Source: Anaeramoeba ignava BMAN (Eukaryota; Protista; Anaeramoebae). From it: DNA of 64,000 bases. A model generated the notes under the pieces. It searched no databases. It was not told where the DNA came from and saw nothing but the letters and a program-made list of their open reading frames with translations. A program made the translations under genes and the position numbers. This document shows, in pieces, positions 37,702 through 49,642 of this stretch; the stretch's first letter is position 1; each line of letters opens with the position of its first letter. The stretch is taken from contig JAPDFW010000106.1 of assembly GCA_028826165.1 (NCBI GenBank), forward strand, positions 62,001-126,000, given 5' to 3'.

Positions 37702-40700
37702 TTAAAGAATACTTTCTTCACCATTTGCTATTCTTTTTAAATGAGCTTCAGTTTTTGGACCAGTTTTATGAACAAGTTGAGATAATAAACCATTTGGATT
37801 TCTGAGTAAAAGAGAGGGTTTATCAAATTCCTTAATTTTTCCATTTTCTAAACACATAATTCGATCTGAATCCATAATTGTATGTAAACGATGAGCAATT
37901 GTTAAAACTGTACAATCTTTAAATTGTTCTCTTATTGTTTTTTGAATTAATGAATCAGTTTCAGTATCAATAGAAGATGTTGCTTCATCCAAAACAAGAA
38001 TTTTTGGATGTTTTAATAGAGCTCTTGCTAAACAAATCAATTGCTTTTCTCCTGCTGAGAAATTATCTCCTCCTTCTGTTACTTTTGTTTCTAATTTCTC
38101 TTCTAAACCTTGAAATTTTTCATATAAATGAACTTGTTCCAAAATTTCCCAAATTCTTTCATCACTATATTGCTTAGTTGGATCTAAATTTTCTCGAACT
38201 GTTCCTGTAAACATTACAACATCTTGTGGGATAATTGCAAGTTTATCTCGAAGATCTTTAAGTCCAATTTGGGAAATATCAATTCCATCAATCTCAACTT
38301 TTCCTTTATAAATTTCCACAATTCTAAATAAAGAAAGCATTAAACTTGATTTTCCTAATTTTAATAAAATTAATTTTGATTTTGATTTTGATTTTGTATT
38401 TTAATTTGAATTTTAAATTTACCACTTCCAGTTCTTCCAACAATTCCAACTTTTTCTTGAGGTTGAATAGTTGCTGATACTTTTTTTAAAACTGATGGAA
38501 GTCCTTCTCTATATCTCATACAAATTTTATTAAATTGAATTTTCCCTAAATTTGGCCAATTTTTTGGTGGTCGATGTTGAGGAATAATTTCAGGTTTTTC
38601 TGATTCAATAGAAGAAAATTCAACACATCTTTCAATGGAATTCATCTGTTGTTCAAGTAATGCGCCATATCTAACAAGCCATGTTAACAAAATTGTAACT
38701 TGCAAACTGTATGTTAAACCAAGAGCAGCAAAGGATGCATTCAATTTGTCTTTTTGTGCAATTATAATAATAGACGTGCAAAGAACAATAATAGAAGAAA
38801 TTGTTTCTACCCGAACTCCAAACCATCGATTAGAAGAAAAATTACAATAAATTGCACTCGTATTCTCATCTACTCTTGAGTCATTGATTTCAATGAATTC
38901 CTTTTGTTTTTGAAAGGCTCGAATTGTGGATACACCTGTTAAGGTTTCTGAGAAGTTATTATAAATGGGAGATCTTGATATTGATTGCAATCTTTGGATT
39001 TCCCTTGATGTTGAACGATAATACTGCATGAATTTGTAATAAATGTAGAGAATAACAACTAAAGGAATTAAGAAATAAGGGGCAACACTCACAATCACAA
39101 CGAAAATGGCGAATAAAGAAATTCCTACTGATATAAAATTTTCGAAATTGGCAGAAAGAAAAAGATCAGTATCTAGCACATCCTTGGAAAATCTGTTCAA
39201 AATCCTCCCAATAGGTGTTGTGTCAAAAAATCTTGTTGGAGCTCTTGCTATTGCAAAGAGTAAATCATTATGGATTCTTTTTGAAGCGCGAATAGATGCA
39301 AATATCCAAATAGCAGAAAAAATAAATGCAAATAAAAACATTCCACAAGAAATTGCAACATAAATTCCAATATAAAATCTGTCTGTTTTGTCATGGAAAA
39401 TTGTTCCATCAGTCCAAATAGCAAGCCAATAATCTGCTGCAACTCGAAAGGATTCTCTGAAAATACCTGAAACAATCACAATAAAAAGAATACAACAACC
39501 TCCTGCAACTTTGATGTAATGTTTGTAATAAAAAGAAGCAACAGCTCCAAATTCTCTTTCTTCTTCTTTAACAAGTTCTCCTTTTTTGTTTTCAACTTTT
39601 TCCTTTGAAACCTCTTTCTCTCTGTTCTCGTTTGGTGGCAATTCAATATCAATTTCCACATCAGAATCATCTCCAAAAGGATCTGATTCTGTTTCTGGTT
39701 GAAGATCAATCCATTTTATTTTTTCCTTTTTGTTTTTTTTGTTTAAATTTTCATCCAAAATATCATCGTCATCATCATCATCTGATGTTTCTGATTCATC
39801 AACTCTTTTTTCTTGATCTCCTAATAAATTGGAGAAATCAACTCCTTTATGAATCAATTCTTCAAATGTTCCTTTTGCAAATACTTCTCCGTCTTTAATA
39901 ACAATAATAAAATCTGAATGAGGAAGATATTGAAGTTGATGAGTAACAAGAATTCTAGTTTTGGTTTGAAGAACTTTTCCAAGAATAGCCTGATCAAAAA
40001 TATGTCTTCCAACATGTGAATCAACAGCACTAAGTGGGTCATCAAAAAGAAAAATGTCTGCATTTGAATAAATTGCTCTTGCAAGAGATATTCTTTGTTT
40101 TTGGCCTCCTGAAATATTTACTCCTTTTTCTCCAATTTCTGTTGAATCTCCTGCTGGCAAAACTGCAAGATCAGGAATAAGAGCACATGATTCAATTACT
40201 TGATTGTATCTCTTTTTATCAAGCGCATGTCCGAACAAGATATTTTCTTTAACAGTTCCGTTTTGAATCCAAGCTTCTTGTGAAACATAAGCTATTGAAC
40301 CTTTGATAGTTGTTTTTCCTTGAAGTTGAACCATTTCTCCTAAAATAGCAGCTAATAAAGAGGATTTACCAGAACCAACAGGACCAATAATCATTGTTAA
40401 TTTTCTTGGTTCAAAATCAAGAGAGATATTTTTGAGTAAAACTTGTTTTTGTGATTTTTGTTCTTCCAAAGGTATTTCTTTTTTAATATCAATTTCATTA
40501 TTATTATTATTATTTTGATTATTATTAGTATCATAAGTAAAAGATCCATTTTGAATTGTGATTTGAACTTCATTCGAATTTGGATCAACTCTTTGTCTGT
40601 GAATTTCTCTGTTTTCTTCTGGGATTTCTGGAGATAAAAGGAATGTTTCAATTCTCTTCATTGATACCTTGAAATTTGAAAATGAAACTATTGTCCAAGG

Positions 40701-42064
40701 AAGAAAAAGAAGTTGAACTCTCATCAATTCAAAAAGAGCTATTGAAGTAAACACTTTTTCAGCTGTTAATTTTTTTCCTGTCGATCCATAAACAACAAAA
40801 GTTGTAACAGCAGTTAAAAGAGGAAGCATTGTGTAAAGTACTGTAAAAGAAACCCGAAGTATCAAAATCTTTTTCAAAATGGAGATTTCTTTATCTCTAA
40901 GATCAAGAATTTTTTTTTTGAAAATTTTTTCCCAAGCATAAAACTTGATTACTCTTATTCCTTGAAGTAATTCATTAATAATCTTGATTCTTGAATCTGT
41001 TTGAACCATGAAAAGAATATTTTTCTTGGTGAATTTCTTAAAAATAAATCTATTAATTGGAAAAGAAAGAATCAAAACACCAAATCCAACAAGAGCAGCT
41101 GCTCCAAGTAAGTTGATTAATAGAGCCAAACAAACTAAAATTTGAAGTGGGGCTGACCAAATAACATGAAAAAAAAGTGCTGTTTCTTCCATTTTAGTTA
41201 AATCACCTGACATTAAATTGACTATTTGGCCTGTACTTGATAAATTTGATTTGATTTGTTCTTCGTTTTGTTTTTCTGCTAAAGCTTTTCTTTCTTTTTT
41301 GGTTAATTTCTTTTCTTTTTCTTTTTTCAATCCTTTTTCTTTCAATTCTTCTTCTTCTTTCAATTCTTTTTCTTTCAATTCTTCTTCTTCTTTTTCTTTT
41401 TTGGGTTCTTGTTTCTTTTTTTGTTGATCTGATATTTTTCTGTTGATTAATAAAGATTTCCTGTAAATTAATGAAGTTAATCCTGAACGTGCTCGAAATC
41501 CTACTTTTATAACTTGATCTAAAGACAAATTATCTAAAATTGTCCGAAAGATTCCACTCAAAAAAAGGAAAAGAACAAGTATAATTCCTGTTGATTGAGA
41601 TGCTGAAGAATCACTCATATACTTGATTAATTGTTGAAGAAGAATTGGATTTAAAATACTACAAGCACTTGCAAAAAATTTTGGAATTCCAGCTAAATAT
41701 AAAGGTTTTTTGAATTGTTTTTTCAAAGAGTTTATCAATTTCGGTCTAAAAAATAATTTAATAAATGAATAATTTATAATTGAATAAATTAAAAAGGTGA
41801 AAAATCTTTTTTTGATTGATTTTTTTTTTGGATTGTTTTTCAATTTTACTTTGTTTGTTTCTTTTCTTCATTCCATTTCGGTTCAAGTTCTCCTGTTATT
41901 TTTGAACAAAAATCTTGTGGTCGAAGTTCAAATAAATCATTTTGAATAAGTGGTCTTTTATATCCAATTTTGGCAAGAGAAGTAAACCAAGAAAATACTA
42001 ATCTTGAAAAGATATTTGCTTTAATTTCTTTATTAGGAACATGACTGATTTTTTCTGTTTTCAT
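37702..42064 (-). CDS. ABC transporter C family (MRP-like, no TMD0), 3 exons
   Basis: Introns 41746..41849 and 38355..38422. NBD1 GPVGSGKSS/ISGGQKQR/DDPLSAVD; NBD2 GRTGSGKSS/FSAGEKQL/LDEATS; FFDTTPIGRILNRFSKD. Confidence 0.96.
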
Positions 42065-42149
42065 TTTTTATTATTAAAAAGATCGAAAAATTAAATAATA
42101 AAATGAAAAAAAGAAAAATGAAAAAAAAAAATTTTGATTTTAAAATAAA

Positions 42150-42280
42150 TGGATGACATCATTCAAATATAAAAAAATAAATCACTAAACAAAACAAAAA
42201 AAGAAATGAATCACGTCATTCATTTAGCAAAAAAAAAAATAATCAATTCCTTTTTTTTTTTTATTTAGCAAAAAAAAAAT
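42150..42280. promoter_or_regulatory. Bidirectional ABCC / BTB-TLDc promoter with bZIP-like sites
   Basis: TGACATCA 42154-42161, TCACGTCA 42211-42218, and two ATTTAGCAAAA copies (~42222, ~42263). Confidence 0.3.
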
Positions 42281-42345
42281 TATTATTAAAAAAAGATCAA
42301 AAATCATTTTTTCATTTTTTTCTTTTCAATAAAAAAAAAAGCAAA

Positions 42346-43821
42346 ATGGAAACTTATTTAAATTTAGAAAAACTTTCAAATGATTTAAAAAATTTATTTC
42401 AAAACCAAAATCAAAAAGAAAAAGAAGAAGAAAGTTATTTTGATTTTGAAATAATTTGTGAACAAAATCAAACTTCATTTAAAACTCATAAATCAATTCT
42501 TTCTTCAAGAAGTGATTATTTTAAATCCCTTTTCAAATCAAAAATGAAAGAATATCAAGAAAATAAATTAATTCTAAAAGATGTTTCAAGTTCAATTCTA
42601 TTTTCAATTTTGAATTATCTTTATTCAGGAAAAATTGAAATTAATTTAGAAAATGCAATTGAAATTTTAATTTTTTCATCAAAATATTTAATTAATGAAT
42701 TAATTGAAATTTCTTTAAGTTTTATCAAAAACAATTTACAATTTGAAACTATTGTTGATATTCTTAAATTATCTGAAAGAATGAACTTAAATCAATTATT
42801 AGATTCTTCTTATCAATTTATTTTTCAAAATTTTGATAAATTTATTAAAACTTCATTTTTTCTTGAACTTGAAGAAAATCATTTAAATTTAATATTATCA
42901 AATGATGATGTTCAATTAGATGAATTTGAAATGTTCCAAACAATAATAAAATGGGGAAAACATAAATCAAATATTAATCAAGAAAAAGAAATGAATAAAG
43001 AAGAAACAGAAAAATTACAAAATCAAATTTCAAATTTTATTGATAAAATTCGATTTATTGATTTTACAAAAAAAGAACTTGAAGATACTTTGAAAGAAGA
43101 TTTAATTCCAAATCAAATTTCACAAAAATTAATTCAATTCCAAAAACTTCAAAATGAAAAAAATGAAACAAAATTAAAAGAATTTATCCAAAAAGAAAAT
43201 CAAGATTCATTCTTTTTCAAATCAAGATTTAGTTTAAATTCCTCATCAATAATTCACGAAAAAGAAGATTTCAATCTTATAAAAGAGTGGATAAATGATG
43301 ATAGATTCTTTTACAAAATGAAATTAGGATTTTCAACAAAAAGAGATGGATTTGATTGTAAAAAATGGCATGATAGATGTGACAATAGAGGAAAAACATT
43401 AATTATTATCCAAACAAAAGATAATTTTATTTTTGGAGGATTTACTTCAGTTGGATTTACAAATTTTAAATCAAAATGGAATGAAAATTGGAGAAATTCT
43501 GATTATGGATATATTATTGATTCAAATGCATTTATTTTTTCATTAAGAAATGATAAAGGAAATAGAAAAAAAGAGAAATTTTCAATACTGAAAGGTGAAG
43601 AAAAATATGCCATTTTTTACAATTATTCTGATTATGGTCCAACTTTTGGAGCTGGAATAGATTTTTATTTAAAATCTAATTTACAACCTGGTTGTTCAAA
43701 TTTTGGAATGACTTACAATATTCCTAATGGAATTAAATATAACTCAAAAGAATGTCAAAGTTATTTAGCTGGTTCTTATAATAAATGGATTGTTGATGAA
43801 CTTGAAACTTATTTCATTTAA
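42346..43821 (+). CDS. BTB-BACK-TLDc protein
   Basis: Intact 491-aa ORF: FKTHKSILSSRSDYFKSLF, BACK-like FLELEENHL..IIKW, TLDc motifs. Confidence 0.93.
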   Translation: METYLNLEKLSNDLKNLFQNQNQKEKEEESYFDFEIICEQNQTSFKTHKSILSSRSDYFKSLFKSKMKEYQENKLILKDVSSSILFSILNYLYSGKIEINLENAIEILIFSSKYLINELIEISLSFIKNNLQFETIVDILKLSERMNLNQLLDSSYQFIFQNFDKFIKTSFFLELEENHLNLILSNDDVQLDEFEMFQTIIKWGKHKSNINQEKEMNKEETEKLQNQISNFIDKIRFIDFTKKELEDTLKEDLIPNQISQKLIQFQKLQNEKNETKLKEFIQKENQDSFFFKSRFSLNSSSIIHEKEDFNLIKEWINDDRFFYKMKLGFSTKRDGFDCKKWHDRCDNRGKTLIIIQTKDNFIFGGFTSVGFTNFKSKWNENWRNSDYGYIIDSNAFIFSLRNDKGNRKKEKFSILKGEEKYAIFYNYSDYGPTFGAGIDFYLKSNLQPGCSNFGMTYNIPNGIKYNSKECQSYLAGSYNKWIVDELETYFI

Positions 43822-43870
43822 AAAAATTAAAATTTTTTTTTTCATTTTTTTATTTTTTTCTTTTTAAAAA

Positions 43871-45622
43871 ATGAATGAAGTTTTATTTTTTGGTTCAAAC
43901 CGATTCACAATTCTTATCAAAAATAAACCAAAAAAAATAACAAAACCAATTCAATTTAAATTTGAAAATGAAAATGAAAATGAAAATGAAAAACAAATTA
44001 AACAAATTTCATCAGGAAATTATTCAACAATTTTCCTTTTTGAAAATGGAAAAGCAATAGAATATTCAAGATATTCATTTCAAAATCCTCAAAAAATCCA
44101 AATTAAAAATATTCAAAAAGTAATTTCTGGTGGTCGAAATGAAGCTATTTTAACAATAGAAGGAAATGTATTTGCAAAAGGAAAAGATGTCAATCCAAAT
44201 AGTCCATTTCAAATTATCAAAATTTCATCATTAATTGAAGATATAAATGATAGAATAATTCAAGATGTTGCTTGTGGATGGCAATCAATTTACTTATTAA
44301 CTTCAAATCAAAATGCTTATGGAATTGGCTCAAATCAATTAGGTCAACTTGGTTTTGATTCTGAAACACTTTATCAAACACAAAAACCAATTTTAATGAT
44401 GAAAAATGTTTCTAAAATATTTTCAGGAAATTTTTCACTTCATGTTTTTCTTTTGAACTCAAATCAAGAATTCTTTGCTGCAGCAAATAATCAATATGGT
44501 CAACTTGGATTAGGAGAATCAATAAAAGAAACAAAAATCCAAAAATTAACCAAAATTGAAAATATTCCAAAAGGCAAAATAATTGATATTAAATGTGGAG
44601 ATTATCATTCAATAATGTTGATTGAAGATGAAAATCTAAAAAGAAAACTTTATTCATGTGGAAATAATCAATATAATGGACTTGGCAAAGATGAAGATGA
44701 AAATACTTATGAATTTACTGAAATCAAATCATCTTTATTTGAAAATGATAATATTATTGATTTTTCTGTTAGTTATGAGCATAGCTTGATTTTAACTTCA
44801 AATTCGAAATTAATAGGATTTGGAAGTAATTTATTTGGTGAATTAGGAACTGGAGATACAAATTATCAATCAATTCCAATTCAAATTGAACTTCCTAAAT
44901 TAAGATTTAATGAAAATATTTCCAATTATCATGTCTTTTGTGGATATTCCAAATCATTTCTTTATTATTCTCCTTCTTTTTCCAATCTTGAAGAAGATTT
45001 GATAAAATTATTTAGAAGAAAAGAATTTTGTGATATTTCATTTAAAACAGAAAATGGAGAAATAATTGAAGCTCATAAATTAATATTGAAATATAGATTA
45101 AATCAAAATCAAAATGAAATTGAAAAACTTAAAGAAATTATTTCAAAAAAATCAATTAAAGAATCAAATCAAATATTTGAAATGATTTATTCAAACAATT
45201 CCAAAATAAATCCAATATTATATTCTGAAATTAAAGAAATTATAAATTCAAATGAAAAAATAGAAGAAACAATGAAAAGAATTTATTTAAATGAAAATGA
45301 AAATGAAAAAGATTTTATAATTGAAAGAAAAGAAAAGAAATATAAATTTCCAAAATTAATATTAATAATGAGAAGTGAATTATATCGAGGAATGTTTTTA
45401 TCTGTAACTGAAGATAAATCTAATAAAGTTACAGATTATAGTGAATTAAGTAATAAATCATTTCAAATATTTGAATATTGGATTTATTCAAATCAAATTA
45501 AAGATGAAATTCAAATTACACAAGAAATCATTGATGAAATTCAATTTGGAATTGATTATTTTCAATTAAATCAAACAAATCCAAATTTATTTGATTTATT
45601 AATTAATAAATTTAATAATTAA
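43871..45622 (+). CDS. RCC1-like beta-propeller + C-terminal BTB-like region, copy 1
   Basis: GSNQLGQLG, CGDYHS and GELGTG repeats; C-terminus EFCDISF..EAHKLILKYR, LILIMRSELYRGMF, FEYWIYS. Confidence 0.9.
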   Translation: MNEVLFFGSNRFTILIKNKPKKITKPIQFKFENENENENEKQIKQISSGNYSTIFLFENGKAIEYSRYSFQNPQKIQIKNIQKVISGGRNEAILTIEGNVFAKGKDVNPNSPFQIIKISSLIEDINDRIIQDVACGWQSIYLLTSNQNAYGIGSNQLGQLGFDSETLYQTQKPILMMKNVSKIFSGNFSLHVFLLNSNQEFFAAANNQYGQLGLGESIKETKIQKLTKIENIPKGKIIDIKCGDYHSIMLIEDENLKRKLYSCGNNQYNGLGKDEDENTYEFTEIKSSLFENDNIIDFSVSYEHSLILTSNSKLIGFGSNLFGELGTGDTNYQSIPIQIELPKLRFNENISNYHVFCGYSKSFLYYSPSFSNLEEDLIKLFRRKEFCDISFKTENGEIIEAHKLILKYRLNQNQNEIEKLKEIISKKSIKESNQIFEMIYSNNSKINPILYSEIKEIINSNEKIEETMKRIYLNENENEKDFIIERKEKKYKFPKLILIMRSELYRGMFLSVTEDKSNKVTDYSELSNKSFQIFEYWIYSNQIKDEIQITQEIIDEIQFGIDYFQLNQTNPNLFDLLINKFNN

Positions 45623-45786
45623 AATTAAAATCAAAATCAAAATTAAAATTAAAATTAAAATTAAAATTAAAATTAAAATTAAAATTTAAAATTAAAATTA
45701 AAATCAAAATTAAAATCAAAATTAAAATTAAAATTAAAATTTAAATTAAAATTCATTTTTCATTTTTCATTTTTTTCTTTTCAAAA

Positions 45787-47550
45787 ATGAATGAAATTAT
45801 ATTTTTTGGAAGAAATAAATTTCCAATTCTTATCAAAAATGAATCAGAAAAAATAACAAAACCAATTCAATTTAAATTTGAAAATGAAAATGAAAATGAA
45901 AAACAAATTAAACAAATTTCATCAGGCAAATTTTCAACAATTTTCCTTTTTGAAAATGGAAAAGCAATAGAATATTTATTATATTCAAATCAAAATCCTC
46001 AAAAAATCCAAATTGAAGAAAATATTCAAAAAGTAACTGTTGGTTATCAAAATGAAGCTATTTTAACAAAAGAAGGAAATGTATTTGCCAAAGGAGAAGA
46101 TATTAATTCAAATAATTCAAATGAATTTATCAATATTTCATCATTAATTAAAGATACAAATGATAGAATAATTGAAGATATTGTTTCTGGATATACTTCA
46201 ATTTACTTATTAACTTCAAATCAAAATGTTTATGGAATTGGTTCAAATGAATATGGTCAATTTGGTTTTGATTCTAAAACACTTACAAAAACAGAAAAAC
46301 CAATTTTAATGATGAAAAATGTTTCTAAAATATTTTCAGGAAATTTTTCAAAAAGCGTTTTTCTTTTAAATTCAAATCAAGAATTATTTGGATGTGGTGC
46401 TAATTTATTTTGTCAACTTGGATTAGGAGAATCAAGAAGACAATGGAAAATCTATAAATTAACCAAAATCCAAAATATTCCAAAAGGTAAAATAATTGAT
46501 ATTCAATGTGGAAATTCTCATTCAATAATGCTGATTGAAGATGAAAATGAAAATGAAAATCCAAAAAGAAAACTTTATTCATGTGGATATTCTTCATTTA
46601 ATGGACTTGGCAGAAATGAAAATACTTATGAATTTACTGAAATCAAATCATCTTTATTTGAAAATGATGATAATATTATTGATTTTTCTTGTGGAGATTC
46701 TCATACTTTGATTTTAACTTCCAATTCAAAATTAATTGGATTTGGAGATAATTTATATGGTGAATTAGGAATTGAAGATATAAATAATCAATTTATTCCA
46801 TTTCAAATTGAACTTCCTAAATTAAGATTTAATGAAAATATTTCTAATTATCATATTTCTTGTGGATATTCCAAATCATTTCTTTATTATTCTCCTTCTT
46901 TTTCCAATCTTGAAGAAGATTTGATAAAATTATTTGGAAGAAAAGAATTTTGTGATATTTCATTTAAAACAGAAAATGGAGAAATAATTGAAGCTCATAA
47001 ATTAATATTGAAATATAGATTAAATCAAAATCAAAATCAAAATGAAAAACTTCAAGAAATTATTTCAAAAAAATCAATTAAAGAATCAAATCAAATATTT
47101 GAAATGATTTATTCAAACAATTCCAAAATAAATCCAAAATTATATTCTGAAATTAAAGAAATTATAAATTCAAATGAAAAAATTGAAGAAACAATGAAAA
47201 GAATTTATTTAAATGAAAATGAAAATGAAAAAGATTTTATAATTGAAAGAAAAGAAAAACAATATAAATTTCCAAAATTAATATTAATAATGAGAAGTGA
47301 ATTATATCGAGGAATGTTTTTATCTGTAACAGAAGATAAATCTAATAAAGTTACAGATTATAGTGAATTAAGTAATAAATCATTTCAAATATTTGAATAT
47401 TGGATTTATTCAAATCAAATTAAAGATGAAATTCAAATTACACAAGAAATAATTAAAGAAATAGAAAGAGGAATTGATTATTTTCAATTAAATCAAACAA
47501 ATCCAAATTTATTTGATTTATTAATTAACGAATTTAATAATCAAAATTAA
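45787..47550 (+). CDS. RCC1-like + BTB-like, copy 2
   Basis: Intact 587-aa paralog of copy 1. Confidence 0.9.
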   Translation: MNEIIFFGRNKFPILIKNESEKITKPIQFKFENENENEKQIKQISSGKFSTIFLFENGKAIEYLLYSNQNPQKIQIEENIQKVTVGYQNEAILTKEGNVFAKGEDINSNNSNEFINISSLIKDTNDRIIEDIVSGYTSIYLLTSNQNVYGIGSNEYGQFGFDSKTLTKTEKPILMMKNVSKIFSGNFSKSVFLLNSNQELFGCGANLFCQLGLGESRRQWKIYKLTKIQNIPKGKIIDIQCGNSHSIMLIEDENENENPKRKLYSCGYSSFNGLGRNENTYEFTEIKSSLFENDDNIIDFSCGDSHTLILTSNSKLIGFGDNLYGELGIEDINNQFIPFQIELPKLRFNENISNYHISCGYSKSFLYYSPSFSNLEEDLIKLFGRKEFCDISFKTENGEIIEAHKLILKYRLNQNQNQNEKLQEIISKKSIKESNQIFEMIYSNNSKINPKLYSEIKEIINSNEKIEETMKRIYLNENENEKDFIIERKEKQYKFPKLILIMRSELYRGMFLSVTEDKSNKVTDYSELSNKSFQIFEYWIYSNQIKDEIQITQEIIKEIERGIDYFQLNQTNPNLFDLLINEFNNQN

Positions 47551-47689
47551 AATCAAAATTAAAATTAAAATTAAAATTAAAATTAAAATTAAAATTAAAA
47601 TTAAAATCAAAATTAAAATTAAAATTAAAATCAAAATTAAAATTAAAATTAAAATTCATTTTTCATTTTTCATTTTTTTCTTTTCAAAA

Positions 47690-49483
47690 ATGAATGAAAT
47701 TATATTTTTTGGTTTCAATACAGATCCAATTCTTATCAAAAATGAATCAAATATAATAACAAAACCAATTCAATTTAAATTTGAAAATGAAAATGAAAAT
47801 GAAAATGAAAATGAAAATGAAAAACAAATTAAACAAATTTCAACAAGTTATTTTTCAACAATTTTCCTTTTTAAAAATGGAAAAGCAATAGAATATTTAA
47901 AAGAAAAAAATTCAAAACAAAATCCTGAAAAAATCCAAATTGAAAATATTCAAAAAGTAACTGTTGGTTATCAAAATGAAGCTATTTTAACATTAGAAGG
48001 AAATGTATTTGCTAAAGGAGATGATATTAATTCAGATAATCTAAATGAATTTATCAATATTTCATCATTAATTGAAGATACAAATGATAGAATAATTGAA
48101 GATATTGTTTCTGGATATACTTCAATTTACTTATTAACTTCAAATCAAAATGTTTATGGAATTGGTTCAAATCATTATGGTCAACTTGGTTTTGATTCTA
48201 AAACACTTTAAAAAACAGAAAAACCAATTTTAATGATGAAAAATGTTTCTAAAATATTTTCAGGAAATTCTTCATTTCATATATTTCTTTTAAATTCAAA
48301 TCAAGAATTATTTGGATGTGGTGATAATGGTTATAACAAAATTGGATTAGGAGAATCAAGAAAAGAAACAGAAATCAAAAAATTAACCAAAATCCAAAAT
48401 ATTCCAAAAGGCAAAATAATTGATATTCAATGTGGAGGATTTCATTCAATAATGTTGATTGAAGAAGATCAAAATCAAAATCCAAAAAGAAAACTTTATT
48501 CATGTGGATATTATATATATAATGGACTTGGCAAAAATGAAGATGAAAATACTTATGAATTTACTGAAATCAAATCATCTTTATTTGAAAATGATGATTA
48601 TATTCTTGATATTTCTGTTGGATATGAATATACTTTGATTTTAACTTCCAAAAGAAAATTGTTTGGATTTGGATTAAATAATTATGGTGAATTAGGTGAA
48701 ACTGAATATTGGGTACCAATTCCAATTCAAATTGAACTTCCTAAATTAAGATTTAATGAAGATATTTCTAATTATCATGTTCTTTGTGGAGATCGAAAAT
48801 CATTTCTTTATTATTCTCTTCCTTCTTTTTCCAATCTTGAAGAAGATTTGATAAAATTATTTAGAAGAAAAGAATTTTGTAATATTTCATTTAAAACCGA
48901 AAATGGAGAAATAATTGAAGCTCATAAATTAATATTGAAATATAGATTAAATCAAAATGAAAATGAAATTGAAAAACTTCAAGAAATTATTTCAAAAAAA
49001 TCAATTAAAGAATCCAATCAAATATTTGAAATGATTTATTCAAACAATTCCAAAATAAATCCAAAATTATATTCTGAAATTAAAGAAATTATAAATTCAA
49101 ATGAAAAAATAGAAGAAACAATTAAAAGAATTTATTTAAATGAAAATGAAAATGAAAAAGATTTTATAATTGAAAGAAAAGAAAAACAATATAAATTTCC
49201 AAAATTAATATTAATAATGAGAAGTGAATTATATCGAGGAATGTTTTTATCTGTAACAGAAGATACTTCTAATAAAGTTACAGATTATAGTGAATTAAGT
49301 AATAAATCATTTCAAATATTTGAATATTGGATTTATTCAAATCAAATTAAAGATGAAATTCAAATTACACAAGAAATAATTGATGAAATTCAATTTGGAA
49401 TTGATTATTTTCAATTAAATCAAACAAATCCAAATTTATTTGATTTATTAATTAACAAATTTAATAATCAAAATCAAAATTAA
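47690..49483 (+). pseudogene. RCC1-like + BTB-like, copy 3, with in-frame TAA at 48209-48211
   Basis: The two ORFs are in the same frame and colinear with the paralogs; the TAA aligns to TAT (copy 1) and ACA (copies 2 and 4). Confidence 0.75.
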
Positions 49484-49642
49484 AATTAAAATTAAAATTA
49501 AAATCAAAATTAAAATTAAAATTAAAATTAAAATCAAAATTAAAATTAAAATTAAAATTAAAATTAAAATTAAAATTAAAATTAAAATCAAAATTAAAAT
49601 TAAAATTCCAAAAATTTTTTTTCATTTTTTTTCTTTTCAAAA

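Noticed and set aside
41230-41430. Intein or mobile insertion in ABCC (and the insert in the beta-helix protein)
   Set aside because: The inserts are short K/E/D-rich low-complexity loops without intein terminal motifs or an endonuclease domain.
48209-48211. TAA reassigned to Gln (hexamitid/ciliate-type code)
   Set aside because: TAA terminates most genes here at homologous ends, Gln is encoded by CAA, and the aligned residues are Tyr/Thr.
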